DNA of 64,000 bases from a bacterium (GCA_965261595.1 CBDHDG010000002.1:256001-320000); one strand, 5' to 3'; positions 10,770 through 21,597 are shown, numbered from the stretch's first letter. Made by a program: numbers and translations. The notes: generated by a model from the sequence alone, not told the origin.

Positions 10770-11852
10770 TCACCCCGTGAATTCGAGGATGTCCAAACCG
10801 TTCAGGCGGTCGAGGGCGTAGATCAGGCCGTCCTTGGCGAGAAACACGTCGTTGGTCTTGGTGACCTCCTGGCCCTTGCTGGGGAGCGGCACGTGGTATC
10901 CGACCTCTTTCGGGCGGTAGGGGTCGCTGATGTCCACGGCCCGAAGGCCCCCCGTGAACCAAGCCACGAAGAAGATGTGGTCGTACACGCCCGGATAGAT
11001 CTGCTCCTGGGGCTGATGGGCGCCGAACTGGGTCGGGTGATGGAAGGGATGGGGGTCCGGGACCTGATACGTCGAGACGGGCGCCGGGTTGGTCTCGTCG
11101 GTGATGTCCACCATCCAGAAGAACGCGTTGGGTTTGTCGGTCAGCCTGTCGGGGACCTCTTCGTCCGTCACGACCAGGAAGCGTCTCCCCCCGATTTCAT
11201 AAGGGAGGGGAAGCGCGGTGTGCGTGGGACAAGGGTACGGGGGGCTCCAGTCCACCCGGCTGAGGAGCTTCGGCTTGCCCAGGTCCGCGATGTCCAGGAT
11301 CATGAACCCCGCGTGCCAGTAACTGACGTAAAGCCGGTCGCCGAGGCGAAGGGGGTGATGGCAGCGGCACGCTCGGCCTTCCAATTCGGGCGTCTCGCCT
11401 CCGGCCGTGTGCTGGCCCGGGACCCACCAGCGCGACACCTCCTCCGGGCGTTCCGGATCGGCGATGTCCAGGATCATCATGATGTTCCCCTGGTAACCCT
11501 CCATCTCCGGCGAGATGTAGGCATGCCGCCCGTCGAAGTCGAAGCGGTGGACGCCGGTTCCGCCCGTTTTGAAAAAGCCGATCTCTCGGGGCTTGGACCT
11601 GTCCGAGATGTCGTAGACTTTGAGGCCGCCCTGAACCGGCTCGGTGGCGTTGCGCATCCGCTCATGGTTGACGAGCATGATGTCCCCGGCCACCCGGACC
11701 TTGTGGGAGTGGACGCCCGGGGGGACGGTGAGATGGGAGACGATCCGGGGATTCCGGGGATCCGAGACATCCAGGATGGTTGTCCCGTCCCGGGGGCCCA
11801 TGTGCCCCACATAGGCGTAGCCGTTCTCGACGGTGATCTGCCCCCCGCCCAC
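10770..11852 (-). CDS. LVIVD-repeat beta-propeller protein (start uncertain)
   Basis: Repeated ILDVSDP / VYDISD / ILDIADP / AVDISDP motifs; HSHK, CHHP, THT, GAHQ His motifs. Confidence 0.85.
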   Translation of the reverse strand: MGGGQITVENGYAYVGHMGPRDGTTILDVSDPRNPRIVSHLTVPPGVHSHKVRVAGDIMLVNHERMRNATEPVQGGLKVYDISDRSKPREIGFFKTGGTGVHRFDFDGRHAYISPEMEGYQGNIMMILDIADPERPEEVSRWWVPGQHTAGGETPELEGRACRCHHPLRLGDRLYVSYWHAGFMILDIADLGKPKLLSRVDWSPPYPCPTHTALPLPYEIGGRRFLVVTDEEVPDRLTDKPNAFFWMVDITDETNPAPVSTYQVPDPHPFHHPTQFGAHQPQEQIYPGVYDHIFFVAWFTGGLRAVDISDPYRPKEVGYHVPLPSKGQEVTKTNDVFLAKDGLIYALDRLNGLDILEFTG

Positions 11853-12009
11853 GACGTCGATTCGTCCGATTGATGATTGACCCTGAAATCTTTGAAAATC
11901 CTATCTATACAAAGGATTGCAGTCAACGGTTCCAGCAAGAACCGAGGTCCACGGGGGGCTGTTCCCTTCCAGGGTCGTTTTGCGTCGATTGAAGAGGAGG
12001 GGGATTATT

Positions 12010-13009
12010 GTGAATACGACCGGAAAAAGTCGTAACGGCGGATTTCACGCGGTTCGGATGTTGGCCGCGGGGATTGGGATCGTGTTGTTGACGCTGAGCG
12101 CTTTGGCCCTTCGTCCCACGGAAGCGCGGGCCGAGAAGGTGAACATGATGATGTCGTTCCTGCTGAACGGCCGCCATTCCTGGTATTTCTCGGTCAGGGA
12201 GAACGGTTTGTACAAGAAGGCCGGGCTGGAGGTGACGATCCGGCGCGGATTCGGCGGCGCGGACACGGTCAAGAAGATGGCCGCCGGCGCGGCGGAGTTC
12301 TGCGAGACCGACCTGGGGAACATCATCATCGGCCGGACCCGGGGGGCGAACCTCAAGATGGTGAGCATCTATTTGCGCAAAGCGCCCTTCGCGATCATGT
12401 CTCTCCAGAAGACCGGCATTACAAAACCCAAAGACCTCGAAGGCCGACGCCATCTGGACGCTCTTTCCGGGATATGCCGCGGCGACCGGAATCGACATCA
12501 CCAAGGTGAAGTCCCAGTCCATGGCGCCCTCGGCGAAGGTCGGGGCCCTGCTGGCGGGTAAAGTGGATGCCATCACCGGATTTGTCGACACCCTCGGCGG
12601 TGTCTTCAAGGTCAAGCGGAAGAAGGTCAACAGCCTGTCCTTCGCCGACGGGGGTTTCAACATTTACGCCAGCGGAATCGCGGTGGCCGACAAGACCGTC
12701 GGGAATCCGTGCCTGGTCAGGCGATTCGTGAAGGCGTCCAACCAGGGCGTCTCCTGGACCATCGACCATCCGGATCAGGCCGTCGCCATCATGGCCAACC
12801 AAACCGGCAAGGGCAAAAAGATCCTGCGCGCCCAGCTGGGCGGGGCCATTCCTTTGCTGGGTGATGTGGTTAAGCCCGAGAATCGCTCGAAGATTGGCCA
12901 CTTGGACCCGAAAGAGGTCGTTCGGAGCCTCGGCATCGTGAACCGCTACATGAAGCTCGGCGGCAAGGTCAAGGCCGCGGACGTGTACACGAACGATTTT
13001 GTGAATTGA
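12010..13009 (+). pseudogene. NMT1/THI5-type ABC transporter substrate-binding protein, frameshifted by an apparent short deletion near 12445
   Basis: Signal peptide, GLYKKAGLEVTIRRG.GG, GITKPKDLEG, then shifted frame DAIWTLFPG..ALLAGKVDAI..VYTNDFV; no cognate permease adjacent. Confidence 0.8.
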
Positions 13010-13024
13010 CCCCAGGGGTTGGGG

Positions 13025-13286
13025 ACCCCCCTCGAAAACTCTCGTTGCGCGATAGTGTGCGGCCCTGAAAGGGCCGCACACTATCGCAAGAAACTGGCCC
13101 CGTGGCCGGATGCTGCGGCTGCCAAAGGCAGACGGGCATCCGGACAAAGAGAAGAGCCACTCGCAGGTCACAGATAATCGCTTCAGCCCAACCAACATCC
13201 AACTCAGAAAGGCCAAGCCTAAGGCTTGGCCGCAAAAAGTTTTGCGGGGGGGTGCGGGGGGGCGCCTTTCAAAAAGCGCCCCCCGC
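13025..13286. repeat. Multi-hairpin intergenic element, copy 1
   Basis: Homologous to the reverse complement of 33143-33436; several perfect or near-perfect stems. Confidence 0.75.
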
Positions 13287-13345
13287 TTGCAAGCTGGAAA
13301 TGTCTGAAGGAGGGTCGGCCGCCGGTGAAGTTCGATTTTCGCCTC

Positions 13346-14740
13346 ATGATGAAGGGGGCGGTTGGGCCGGCCGGCGTGGGGGCGGGGGACCTCTCCCGCT
13401 TCGAGCGGCGGGCGGCGGCGGCCCACGAGGACCTTGCCCGGCGGCGCGCGCGCGGCGAGCTGCCCCACCTGGATTTTCCGCACCGCCGTCCCGACGCGGC
13501 GCTCCGCAAAGGCCGGGATCTTCGGCGGGGATGTCGCGACTACGTCCTGGCGGGGTACGGCGGGGCGGGGTTGAGCGGACGGACGTGGATCCAATCGCTT
13601 CGGCCCGATATGGCCGGAATCCTCACGGGCCCACCCAAGCATCCCCGGTTCCATTTCGTCAACGATGTCGATCCGGACGCAACGGCGGATCTCCTGAAGG
13701 GCGTCGATTGGCGGCGCGCCGTCGTCCACCTCATCAGCAAAGGGGGCGATTCGCCCGAGATCCTGTCCCACTTCTACATCGCCCGCGACCGGCTCCGAAG
13801 AGGATCCCGGCCGGCGGATTGGGCGAGGCGTCTCCTGGTCACAACAGGTCCTGGCAAGGGCGCTCTCCGCCGGCTGGCCCGGGAGGGCGGTCATCCGATT
13901 TCGACCTTTCCGGACTCCCTTTCCGGGCGGTTCGCGCTGTTTTCGGATGTGGGCCTACTTCCCGCCGCCGTCGCGGGGATCGACGTGAGGGCGCTTCTCC
14001 GGGGGGCGACCTGGATGGACCGGCGGTGTGAATCCCCGAGCCTTTCCGACAACCCGGCCCTTCTCGGCGCGGCGCTTCACTTCCTGGCCGCCCGGCGGGG
14101 CCTGCGGACTTCGGTCATCATGCCCTATCACCGGGATCTGAAACCGGCGGCGGAATACTTCCGGTTCGTTTGGGCCGGGAGCCTGGGTAAACGCGTGGAT
14201 CTGAAGGGGAGGGAGGTCTTCGCCGGTCTGACGCCACTGACCGCCGTCGGGATGGAGGATCAGCATTCCCAGGTCCAACTCTTCGCCGAGGGCCCGTTTG
14301 ACAAGACCCTTACGTTTCTCACTCTGGACTCGGTATCCAGCGATGTCCGCATCCCCGCCGGGAAGGAAAGCATACTCCGGGGACGGACCCTCTCCCAGGT
14401 GAACCGGATCTGGGCCGAGTCCACCGCGCGGGGCCTCGCGGCCCAAGGCCGGCCGAGCGGCGCGATCTCCCTGCCGAGACTGGATGCCTTCTGGGCGGGG
14501 GCCCTCCTGTATTATTTTCAGAGATTGACGCTGTACCTGGCCGCGTTGTTCGAGGTGAACCCGTACAACCAGCCGGGCGTCGCCCCCGCCAAGAAGATTG
14601 CCGCGGCGCGGCTCGGCCGGTCCGCTGAGGCCGGCCCGCCGGCCGGACAGGACGCCCTCTTCCTGGACTTCAGCGAGGACGCGGCAGACGGCCGGCGATC
14701 CCGCTCCAATCCGGGTAGGGGTCGTCGTGGGCGCACTTGA
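13346..14740 (+). CDS. pgi: Glucose-6-phosphate isomerase family protein with degenerate active site (start uncertain, 13226-13349)
   Basis: GYGG, ISKGG, GRFALFSDVGLLP, WAGSLGK, DQHSQVQL..EGP, NPYNQPGV..K. Confidence 0.8.
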   Translation: MMKGAVGPAGVGAGDLSRFERRAAAAHEDLARRRARGELPHLDFPHRRPDAALRKGRDLRRGCRDYVLAGYGGAGLSGRTWIQSLRPDMAGILTGPPKHPRFHFVNDVDPDATADLLKGVDWRRAVVHLISKGGDSPEILSHFYIARDRLRRGSRPADWARRLLVTTGPGKGALRRLAREGGHPISTFPDSLSGRFALFSDVGLLPAAVAGIDVRALLRGATWMDRRCESPSLSDNPALLGAALHFLAARRGLRTSVIMPYHRDLKPAAEYFRFVWAGSLGKRVDLKGREVFAGLTPLTAVGMEDQHSQVQLFAEGPFDKTLTFLTLDSVSSDVRIPAGKESILRGRTLSQVNRIWAESTARGLAAQGRPSGAISLPRLDAFWAGALLYYFQRLTLYLAALFEVNPYNQPGVAPAKKIAAARLGRSAEAGPPAGQDALFLDFSEDAADGRRSRSNPGRGRRGRT

Positions 14741-16439
14741 GATCGAGGATGCAAGGGCGGTCCGAGGCCAGCCCGCGCCGAAGGGCGGGAACGAGCCCGG
14801 CCGGGGAATCCACGCGGAGTCCCAGGCCCCCCATGGCTTCGGCCAGCGCCGCGAAGTCCTGAACGGGCGTGCGGTCCTCGAACGTCCGGCCGAAGTCCTC
14901 GAGCTGAAACTGGCGGACCATCCCGAAATGCGCGTCGTTCATCACCACCAGGACCACGGGGAGGCCCTGGCGGACGAGCGTCGGAAAATCGGCCAAGGAC
15001 ATCCAGAGACTCCCGTCGCCCACCATGGCGACGACGGGCCGGTCCGGGTGGCAGAGCTTGGCCGCCGCCGCCGCGGGCAGGCCGAACCCCATCCCGCTCC
15101 ACACGCCCGAATGCTGAAAGGACGCAACGTGCGGGGCGGGCGTGAGCTTCCAGGCCCAGTAGCTGGCGTGGCAGACCTCGGAGACGAAGATGCCCGCCTC
15201 GGGCAGTGTCCGGAGGATTTCGTTCACGGCCCATCCCTGATGAATCCGGCCCGCCCGGCGGCGGGAAAAGCGGCGGACGTGATTTTGGAGGTGGCGGCGG
15301 ACGGTTTGGGAGCCTTCCTGAAACATCTTTTCATCCCACCGCGAAGCGCCCAGGCGCGAGGCGCCCAAGCGCGAGGCCCCCGGGTGAGAGCCCTCCGAGT
15401 GAAAGCTCCCCGGGCCGTCTTCCCGGATTGCTTCGAGGAGCGCCCCGAGGCCCCGGCCGAGATGACTGTTTTCGGCGACCCGTGCGCCTTCGAGGCGGCG
15501 GCGTTTAACGTCCGTCCCCAGAAAAAACCTGGACGCGGTCCCGGTCTGGGCGACCACCTGTTTCCAGAAGGCGCTTTCCGCCCGCAGGCCCGCCACGAGG
15601 ACGGCGTCGGCTGATCGAAGGACGGTCTTCACCCAGGGGTCCGTGCTCCAGAAGCAGAGGTAGCCCGCGTACCATGGATGTCGGGCGGGGATCGCTCCCA
15701 GGGCGTCGCGGGCGACGACGACCGGCGCTCCCAGGGCCTCGGCCAGGGAGGCGACCTCCGCGGCGGCCCCGTTCCGCAGGACGCCCTTGCCGGCGAAGAT
15801 TACAGGCCGGCGGGCCCGGAGAAGCTCCCCGGCGATATCCCGAATCGCCTGCCGGGGGGGCCGCGCCGGACGAATCTCCCGGGGCGAGGGCTCGGGAAGC
15901 GGGGGAAGCGGGGCGGGCGGCAGCTTGAAGACGTCCAGGGGGACTTCCACGAAGACCGGCCCGGGCCTTCCGGTTTGGGCCTCGTGGAAGGCCCGGCGCA
16001 TGACCGGAAAGACGCCCCCGGCCGACTCGATGCGGGCCGTCCATTTGGTCACGTCCCGAAACGTGCGGGTCAGGAAATCCGGCCGGCCGACGCCGTGAAA
16101 GGTTTCCGGGGGCGACCCCCGGGGCGCGGCGCCCGCGATCTGGACGACCGGCGAGGCGGCGTCGTAGGCTTGGGCCATGGCGGTGAGGGCGTTGGTCGCC
16201 CCGGGTCCGCCGGTGAACAGGCAAACGCCGGCCCGGCCGGTGAGGCGGCCGTAGGCGTCGGCCATCTGGGCGGCGGTGGATTCCTGGAGGACGCCCACGT
16301 GCCGGATGGGGGAATCGCGAAGGGCGTCGTAGATGGGGAAGACGTGCCGGCCCGGCAGGCCGAAGACCACGCGCGCGCCCTCGGCCTTCAGGGCCTCGAC
16401 GACGGCCTGTCCGACGGTCCATGTTTTCCGAGTGGTCAT
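14670..16439 (-). CDS. Thiamine pyrophosphate-binding protein (acetolactate synthase-like)
   Basis: VFGLPG, QESTAAQMADAYGRLTG, GPGATN, GMGFGLPAA, GDGSLWM..MNDAHFGMV. Confidence 0.92.
   Translation of the reverse strand: MTTRKTWTVGQAVVEALKAEGARVVFGLPGRHVFPIYDALRDSPIRHVGVLQESTAAQMADAYGRLTGRAGVCLFTGGPGATNALTAMAQAYDAASPVVQIAGAAPRGSPPETFHGVGRPDFLTRTFRDVTKWTARIESAGGVFPVMRRAFHEAQTGRPGPVFVEVPLDVFKLPPAPLPPLPEPSPREIRPARPPRQAIRDIAGELLRARRPVIFAGKGVLRNGAAAEVASLAEALGAPVVVARDALGAIPARHPWYAGYLCFWSTDPWVKTVLRSADAVLVAGLRAESAFWKQVVAQTGTASRFFLGTDVKRRRLEGARVAENSHLGRGLGALLEAIREDGPGSFHSEGSHPGASRLGASRLGASRWDEKMFQEGSQTVRRHLQNHVRRFSRRRAGRIHQGWAVNEILRTLPEAGIFVSEVCHASYWAWKLTPAPHVASFQHSGVWSGMGFGLPAAAAAKLCHPDRPVVAMVGDGSLWMSLADFPTLVRQGLPVVLVVMNDAHFGMVRQFQLEDFGRTFEDRTPVQDFAALAEAMGGLGLRVDSPAGLVPALRRGLASDRPCILDLKCAHDDPYPDWSGIAGRLPRPR
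15341..15381. repeat. 15-bp tandem repeat (about 2.7 copies) encoding GASRLGASRLGASR
   Basis: gcgaagcgcccaggc gcgaggcgcccaagc gcgaggccccc. Confidence 0.8.
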
Positions 16440-16492
16440 GTCCTGGAATGCTCCGGCAATCGGGGTCGGTGAATGTTTGAAAGGGAGTCGAG

Positions 16493-17407
16493 ATGATCCG
16501 GTTCAAAGAAGTGGGGCAATTGGCGCTTCGCGTCACCGACCTTGAGCGGTCGGCCGATTTCTATTCCAACCTCCTGGGACTCCAGGTGTTCGACCGGTCT
16601 CAATCCGGTCTGGTCCTCCTGGGATGCCGGGACGGCCGGACCGAGCTGGCCCTCATGGACAGCGGCGGCGGCGATGAGGCGGCCGCGGGGGTCCACCACG
16701 TCGGCTACGTGCTCGAGGACGCGGGCGCGGTCGAGGAGGCCCGGGCGCATCTCCAGGCCGAAAGCGTCCCCCTCGTCGAGAACCCGGCCTGGCGGGACCC
16801 GACGCACGAGGCCGGGGTCCACTTCCGCGATCCCAACGGCCTGATCGGCAAGCTCTTCAGCCGCGACCCCGCCACCGTCCGCGATGACGGCCCGCTGGCC
16901 TCCTCCAAGGAATCGATGGGCATCGGCCGGACGGCGATCATCCCTCACCGCCTGGGGCACATCGTCCTTCAGGTTCCGGACGTGGCGTCCACCGTGGAAT
17001 TCTACACGAAGAAGGTCGGTCTCAAGCTCACGGAATGGAACGACTCGGATTGCTACTTCATGCGCGGGGGGGCGGATCATCATGACCTCGCCTTTTTCCG
17101 CAACCGGCAGGGGCCGGGCGTCCTTTATAACCACGTGGCCTGGGACATCGGCAACATGACCGACCTGTGGAACTGCGGGGAGTTTCTTCGGGAGCGGGAC
17201 ATCCCCATCACCCTCGGCCCCGGCTGGTGGGAGCAGGGTCATCAGACCGACCTCAACTTTATCGATCCCGACGGGCAACGGATAGAGATCTACTGCTACA
17301 TCGACCAGATCACGGGCGACCCCGAACCCGTGGGGCCTTCGCCGGCCTTCTATCATCCGTTCGACTTCGTCCCTCCCTACAACCCCCACGCGAAACGGGC
17401 GGGCTGA
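16493..17407 (+). CDS. VOC-family extradiol dioxygenase-like protein (catechol 2,3-dioxygenase fold)
   Basis: Two VOC modules; RLGHIVL, DHHDLAF, NHVAW, GPG..FIDPDG.RIE; RBS GGGAG. Confidence 0.85.
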   Translation: MIRFKEVGQLALRVTDLERSADFYSNLLGLQVFDRSQSGLVLLGCRDGRTELALMDSGGGDEAAAGVHHVGYVLEDAGAVEEARAHLQAESVPLVENPAWRDPTHEAGVHFRDPNGLIGKLFSRDPATVRDDGPLASSKESMGIGRTAIIPHRLGHIVLQVPDVASTVEFYTKKVGLKLTEWNDSDCYFMRGGADHHDLAFFRNRQGPGVLYNHVAWDIGNMTDLWNCGEFLRERDIPITLGPGWWEQGHQTDLNFIDPDGQRIEIYCYIDQITGDPEPVGPSPAFYHPFDFVPPYNPHAKRAG

Positions 17408-17693
17408 GGGGGGGGCCGGGGAAAGAGATGCGTTGGCCAACCATCCAATGGCCAATCATACACGGGCCCGCAGCGGAATCCTTGTGAGAAACCTGGACTT
17501 CCAGGTTCCGAAGAGGAATCCCGCCTCGAGGCGGAGCAAGCGTGGGGGGGGGCACTACGGAAGAAACACGGCGAGATCCTCACGCGGGGATTTTCAATCC
17601 CCACTCAGGATGACAGCCTCAGAACAAAAAGGGAAAAAAGAGGGCAAAAAGCATTAAAAATAGATCTGTCCCCTTTTTCACTAAGGGGTGATT

Positions 17694-18732
17694 CTAGTGT
17701 ATCGTCCTTTAAATAAGTTATTTAAGTATACGGCCCAATCTGGTATCTTCCCCTCGAAAGGAGGATGTCCATGCGACTCGGACGACCCATGCCCCCGGTG
17801 GACCTGACGGACGGACAGCGCGAACAACTTCAGGCCCTGGGCGCCTCCCGCCCCTTCCCTCACGGCCTGGTGAGGCGGGCGCGGATTGTGCTCCTGGCCG
17901 CCCGCGCTCGATCTCCGATGAACGGGTCGCCGAGGCGGACCGAAAGACCCTGAAGACCAAGCCGCCCGACGGCACCCATTGGAGCTGCCGCACCCTGGCC
18001 GAGGCGACTGGCCTTTCCAAATCCACGGTCAATCGCATCTGGCGGGCCTTCGCCCTTCAGCCCCATCGCCAAAAGCATTTCAAGCTCTCCACCGACCCCT
18101 TCTTTGTCGAGAAGGTCCGCGACATCGTGAGGCTCTACCTCAATCCGCCCGACAAGGCGCTGGTCTTGTGCGTGGACGAAAAAAGCCAGATCCAGGCCCT
18201 GGACCGCACCCAGCCCCTTTTGCCCCTGGGTCTGGGCTATGTCGAGGGCGTGACGCACGACTATGTTCGCAACGGCATCACGACGCTGTTCGTGGCGCTG
18301 GACATCGCCACCGGAGAGGTGCTCGGGCAATGCAAACGCCGTCATCGTCACCAGGAATTCCTTGCGTTCCTGCGCCACATCGACGCCAACGTCCCTGCGG
18401 ATTTAGCGCTCCACCTCATTGTGGACAACTACGCCACGCACAAGCACGCCAAGGTGCGAGCGTGGCTGGCGGCGCGCCCGCGCTATCATGTGCACTACAC
18501 GCCCACCTACGCCTCGTGGCTGAATCAGGTGGAGATTTGGTTTGACCTCATCACCCAACGGGTCATCCGCCGCGGGACGTTTCGGAGTGTGAAGGACTTG
18601 GTTGACAACATTGAAGCGTTTGTCCAACAGTACAATGCGAAAGCCACTCCGTTTAGGTGGGTCGCCACGGCCGATTCGATCTTCGAGAAACTCGGACGAC
18701 TTTGTAAATGTATTTCCGGGACGCGACACTAG
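17694..18732 (+). mobile_element. IS630-family insertion sequence, transposase broken by an internal deletion/frameshift near 17905-17950
   Basis: Ends CTAGTGT..CGTCC...AAATA and TATTTCCGGGACGCGACACTAG; DDE core VDEKSQIQAL, HDY.RNG, IVDNYATH, SWLNQVE. Confidence 0.92.
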
Positions 18733-19027
18733 AAGAAAATGATCCAAATGTTGTAGATATGGATCTTGAGTCAGTGTCAGCTTCAGCCCGTGCGGAGATT
18801 CACAAGCATCGTGGAGAGGCAATCGATGAACTCAAGATGCTTCGGACGCATGAACGTTCCCTTCTTCGCGATCTGCGATATTTCACGAAGGTTAATCAGC
18901 TAAACCGGGAGGCACAGTACCCCGAGTCACAACGTTTTGCCCTAAGCCCACTATTCGGCGGTGTGGGCGGCACGACGCTTTTCGGGAGAGGTTACCGCGA
19001 AGTGCTGAAAGTACGTGGGACACGCTC

Positions 19028-19423
19028 TTGAATGAGGGTGAAGTGCGAAGCCTGGCGGCCCTGGCCCGTCTTACGGGGCGGTGTCGGGACACAGAACGAA
19101 AGAACGTCCTGGCCCTCGAGGCTGTTGGCCTGGTGAAACGGGACGGTAGGCGGCTCAAGGCCTTGGTGCGCGACTTGGACACCCTGACGGTTGAGCTGGG
19201 GACGGAGGGTGCCTGTGAGCGGAAGCGTGAGCGTCACCAGGAAGAACGGGAAGCGTTTGAGGCTGTCCGGTCCGTCAGGGACTTGCTCAGGGACGTGGCG
19301 CGCCGGCGGCGGCAGGGGCCGTTGCCCTTGAAGTACGAACGGGCGCAGGGGCCGCTTCCTGAAATTCAACCAACTGGCGGCGAACCAGAAAACGAGCTGG
19401 CCGTGGACCTACATCTAGGCTAG
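19028..19423 (+). CDS. Putative winged-HTH DNA-binding protein or remnant
   Basis: SLAALARLTGR...NVLALEAVGLVKRDGRR resembles a wHTH; C-terminal half unrecognised. Confidence 0.4.
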   Translation: MNEGEVRSLAALARLTGRCRDTERKNVLALEAVGLVKRDGRRLKALVRDLDTLTVELGTEGACERKRERHQEEREAFEAVRSVRDLLRDVARRRRQGPLPLKYERAQGPLPEIQPTGGEPENELAVDLHLG

Positions 19424-19650
19424 GGTTGCTTTCCAGTTTCTGGTGGGCGCGTCAATCGGATGCTCGTGTTGGTGCAATCCGACGCCTCTACTGTATTGAT
19501 CGTCCGATCCAGGCGCACCATGCATTTCTCTATGACAATCCCGCCGCGCCCATCGCTACTAATGTTCGTAACAAAGGGACCGGCTTTACTGGCACAACCA
19601 GTAAGGCCTACGACACCAAGCAGGACAAGACTCAAAAGTACCTTCGACAT
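19420..19650 (-). CDS. Small putative lipoprotein (76 aa)
   Basis: Signal peptide with LTGC lipobox, RBS AAGGAGA upstream, two further Cys. Confidence 0.7.
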   Translation of the reverse strand: MSKVLLSLVLLGVVGLTGCASKAGPFVTNISSDGRGGIVIEKCMVRLDRTINTVEASDCTNTSIRLTRPPETGKQP

Positions 19651-19859
19651 AACTATCTCCTTTGTCCCAAACCCTTATTTACCCAGAAAACCTAAAGCCA
19701 GCAAAACGGTCATGATCTTTCGGTACATTGTGACATCCTCCCTTTTCCGTCCCCCTCGAGAGCGAGAGTGAGCGGCCTTCCCCGACCGTTGGAGACGCAA
19801 TTCCCCTTTGGGCCCTGGTAGAGTCAGAATGCGCATAATGCTAACATTATGTGATCAAA

Positions 19860-20259
19860 CCGGAATTTCCCATATCAACTTGCTTGGGTGGTTTCCGGTC
19901 CCCTTTCCCGATGAAAACCAGTTGACCCCCTTCCGATGGGTCTGTCAAGAGCCTTCCAACCCTCCGCAACAAGGTGCTGACGGCCATCGACTGCCCCAAA
20001 AGGCGGACCCTCGCCCTTCGGTCCCCTTTATTCGCGGTTCAACCCGTTAACCAATCACCTCATGCTGCCGGGAACCCTCTGCACAAGGTTAGACCGGCAC
20101 CGGCCGTAATCGGTTGATTCGGTCCAGGATGATGGCGAACTCTTCCCTGGATACCGCTACTTCGGCCAATTGAAAGATGATCTGCCGGGCGTGCCGCACA
20201 ATCCTCCCGCCCATTTTGATGAGCTTGACCTGGAGGCTTCGGAGCGACCAGTGCTTGAG
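19860..20259 (-). mobile_element. IS1380-family 3' remnant (transposase C-terminus plus terminal IR), cut off by the adjacent IS3
   Basis: Minus strand about 20260 to 20089 reads KHWSLRSLQVKLIKMGGRIVRHARQIIFQLAEVAVSREEFAIILDRINRLRPVPV*; IR CCGGAATTTCCCATAT at 19860-19875. Confidence 0.8.
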
Positions 20260-20305
20260 TGGACCGCCCCTGGGTTATTGGACACTCGGGTGAGGGTATT
20301 CGACC

Positions 20306-21223
20306 TCATGCGGCCTCCGCAACTTGAGCGAGTTTTTCCTGCCTTGCCTGGGCCGGCGTTCGGTAGCCGTAGCCCTCGAGAATCCAATGATGGTTGTACA
20401 GGTTCTTGAACTCAAGCAGCGCCCACCGCAGTTCCTCTACGGTGGCGAAAGAGCGCACCCACAGGAGATTCTCCTTCAAGATGCGGATGAACCACTCACA
20501 GTAGCCATTTCCCTCGGGCGCCCGCACGAAGCTGGGCGAACTGGTCATGCCCAGGTAGGCGATCTCCCGCTGAAAGTCATCGGACAGATAGGCGGGGCCG
20601 TGGTCGTGACGAACTTTAAGCCCCTCGGCGACGTCCGCCTCCAAGCCGGCGAAGCGCTCGGCGACCCCCTGCCGGATCGGCTCCAGGGCCTCGAAGCGGT
20701 TGCCGCTCTTGGCCGCATGGATCCCCACGCAGTCCACCGAGCAGTGATCCACCGCCACGAACACCGAGGCCATCCCCTCCTCGGTGGTCACCGTCGTCGT
20801 CATGTCCGTGCCCCACATTCGGTCGGGCCGCTCGGTGCGGATGGTCCCGTTGTGGGCCTTGGGACCTCGGGGTTTGCCCACCCGGTGGGGGGCCTGAAGC
20901 CCCGCCTCCCGCATCAGGCGACGCACCCGCTCCTTGCTGGTGCGGATGCCCGCGAAGCGCAGCCTCGCCCACACCTTGCGGTAGCCCTCGCCATGGAAGG
21001 GAGAGTCCTCCAGGACCTGCCGGATGTGGCCGAGGAGTTCCGCATCGGTGCACGGGCCCACAGGGCCGCGCTTATTGGGCGTGGGGCGTTCATGAACGGG
21101 GACCGCCTCTCGCCGCCGTTGCGCGTAGACCGTGGAGCGCGCCAAGCCCCAAAGGGCGCACACCCGCTTCAGGCCGTAGGCTCTGCCCGTGGAGGTGAAG
21201 CGGGCCTGACTCATCGCCTCCAC
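20306..21223 (-). CDS. IS3-family transposase OrfB (rve integrase core)
   Basis: GYRKVWARLR, WGTDMT, RHDHGPAY, PEGNGYCE. Confidence 0.9.
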   Translation of the reverse strand: MEAMSQARFTSTGRAYGLKRVCALWGLARSTVYAQRRREAVPVHERPTPNKRGPVGPCTDAELLGHIRQVLEDSPFHGEGYRKVWARLRFAGIRTSKERVRRLMREAGLQAPHRVGKPRGPKAHNGTIRTERPDRMWGTDMTTTVTTEEGMASVFVAVDHCSVDCVGIHAAKSGNRFEALEPIRQGVAERFAGLEADVAEGLKVRHDHGPAYLSDDFQREIAYLGMTSSPSFVRAPEGNGYCEWFIRILKENLLWVRSFATVEELRWALLEFKNLYNHHWILEGYGYRTPAQARQEKLAQVAEAA

Positions 21224-21597
21224 CTCCTGCCGGCTAAAGGGCGGCCGGCCTCCAGGCGGTCGATCTTCTCCCGCAGGACCTCGCCCTCCATCGTGAGTTC
21301 GCCCACCTTGGCCTTGAGCCGGGCGTTCTCCTCGTCCCGCTCATCCGCCGGGCGGGCTTTGAGCGCCGCCTCGCCCCCGCGAAGGAACGCCTCGCGCCAG
21401 GCGGAAAGCCGAGCCGCTGTCGTGCCCAACTCGCGGCAGAGCGTCTCCAGGCTCTCGCCCCGCAAAAGACGCAGGACCGCCTCCCGCTTGCGCTGGCAGG
21501 AGAACCGACCCCGCTCACTGCGATGCCCTGGGGCCTTGGCTCCGTTCGCCCTGCGGGCGCCCTCCGCCAAAGCCCCCTCTTGCTTTTGTTCGTTCAT
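21211..21597 (-). CDS. IS3-family transposase OrfA (HTH)
   Basis: RKREAVLRLLRGESLETLCRELG..WREAF..LKAKVGELTME. Confidence 0.85.
   Translation of the reverse strand: MNEQKQEGALAEGARRANGAKAPGHRSERGRFSCQRKREAVLRLLRGESLETLCRELGTTAARLSAWREAFLRGGEAALKARPADERDEENARLKAKVGELTMEGEVLREKIDRLEAGRPLAGRRWRR

Noticed and set aside
13025..13286. CRISPR array or tRNA
   Set aside because: No regularly spaced direct repeats with unique spacers; no cloverleaf or T-loop consensus
18708..19031. 107-aa ORF after IS630
   Set aside because: Starts inside the IS end; probably the tail of an interrupted gene, no family recognised
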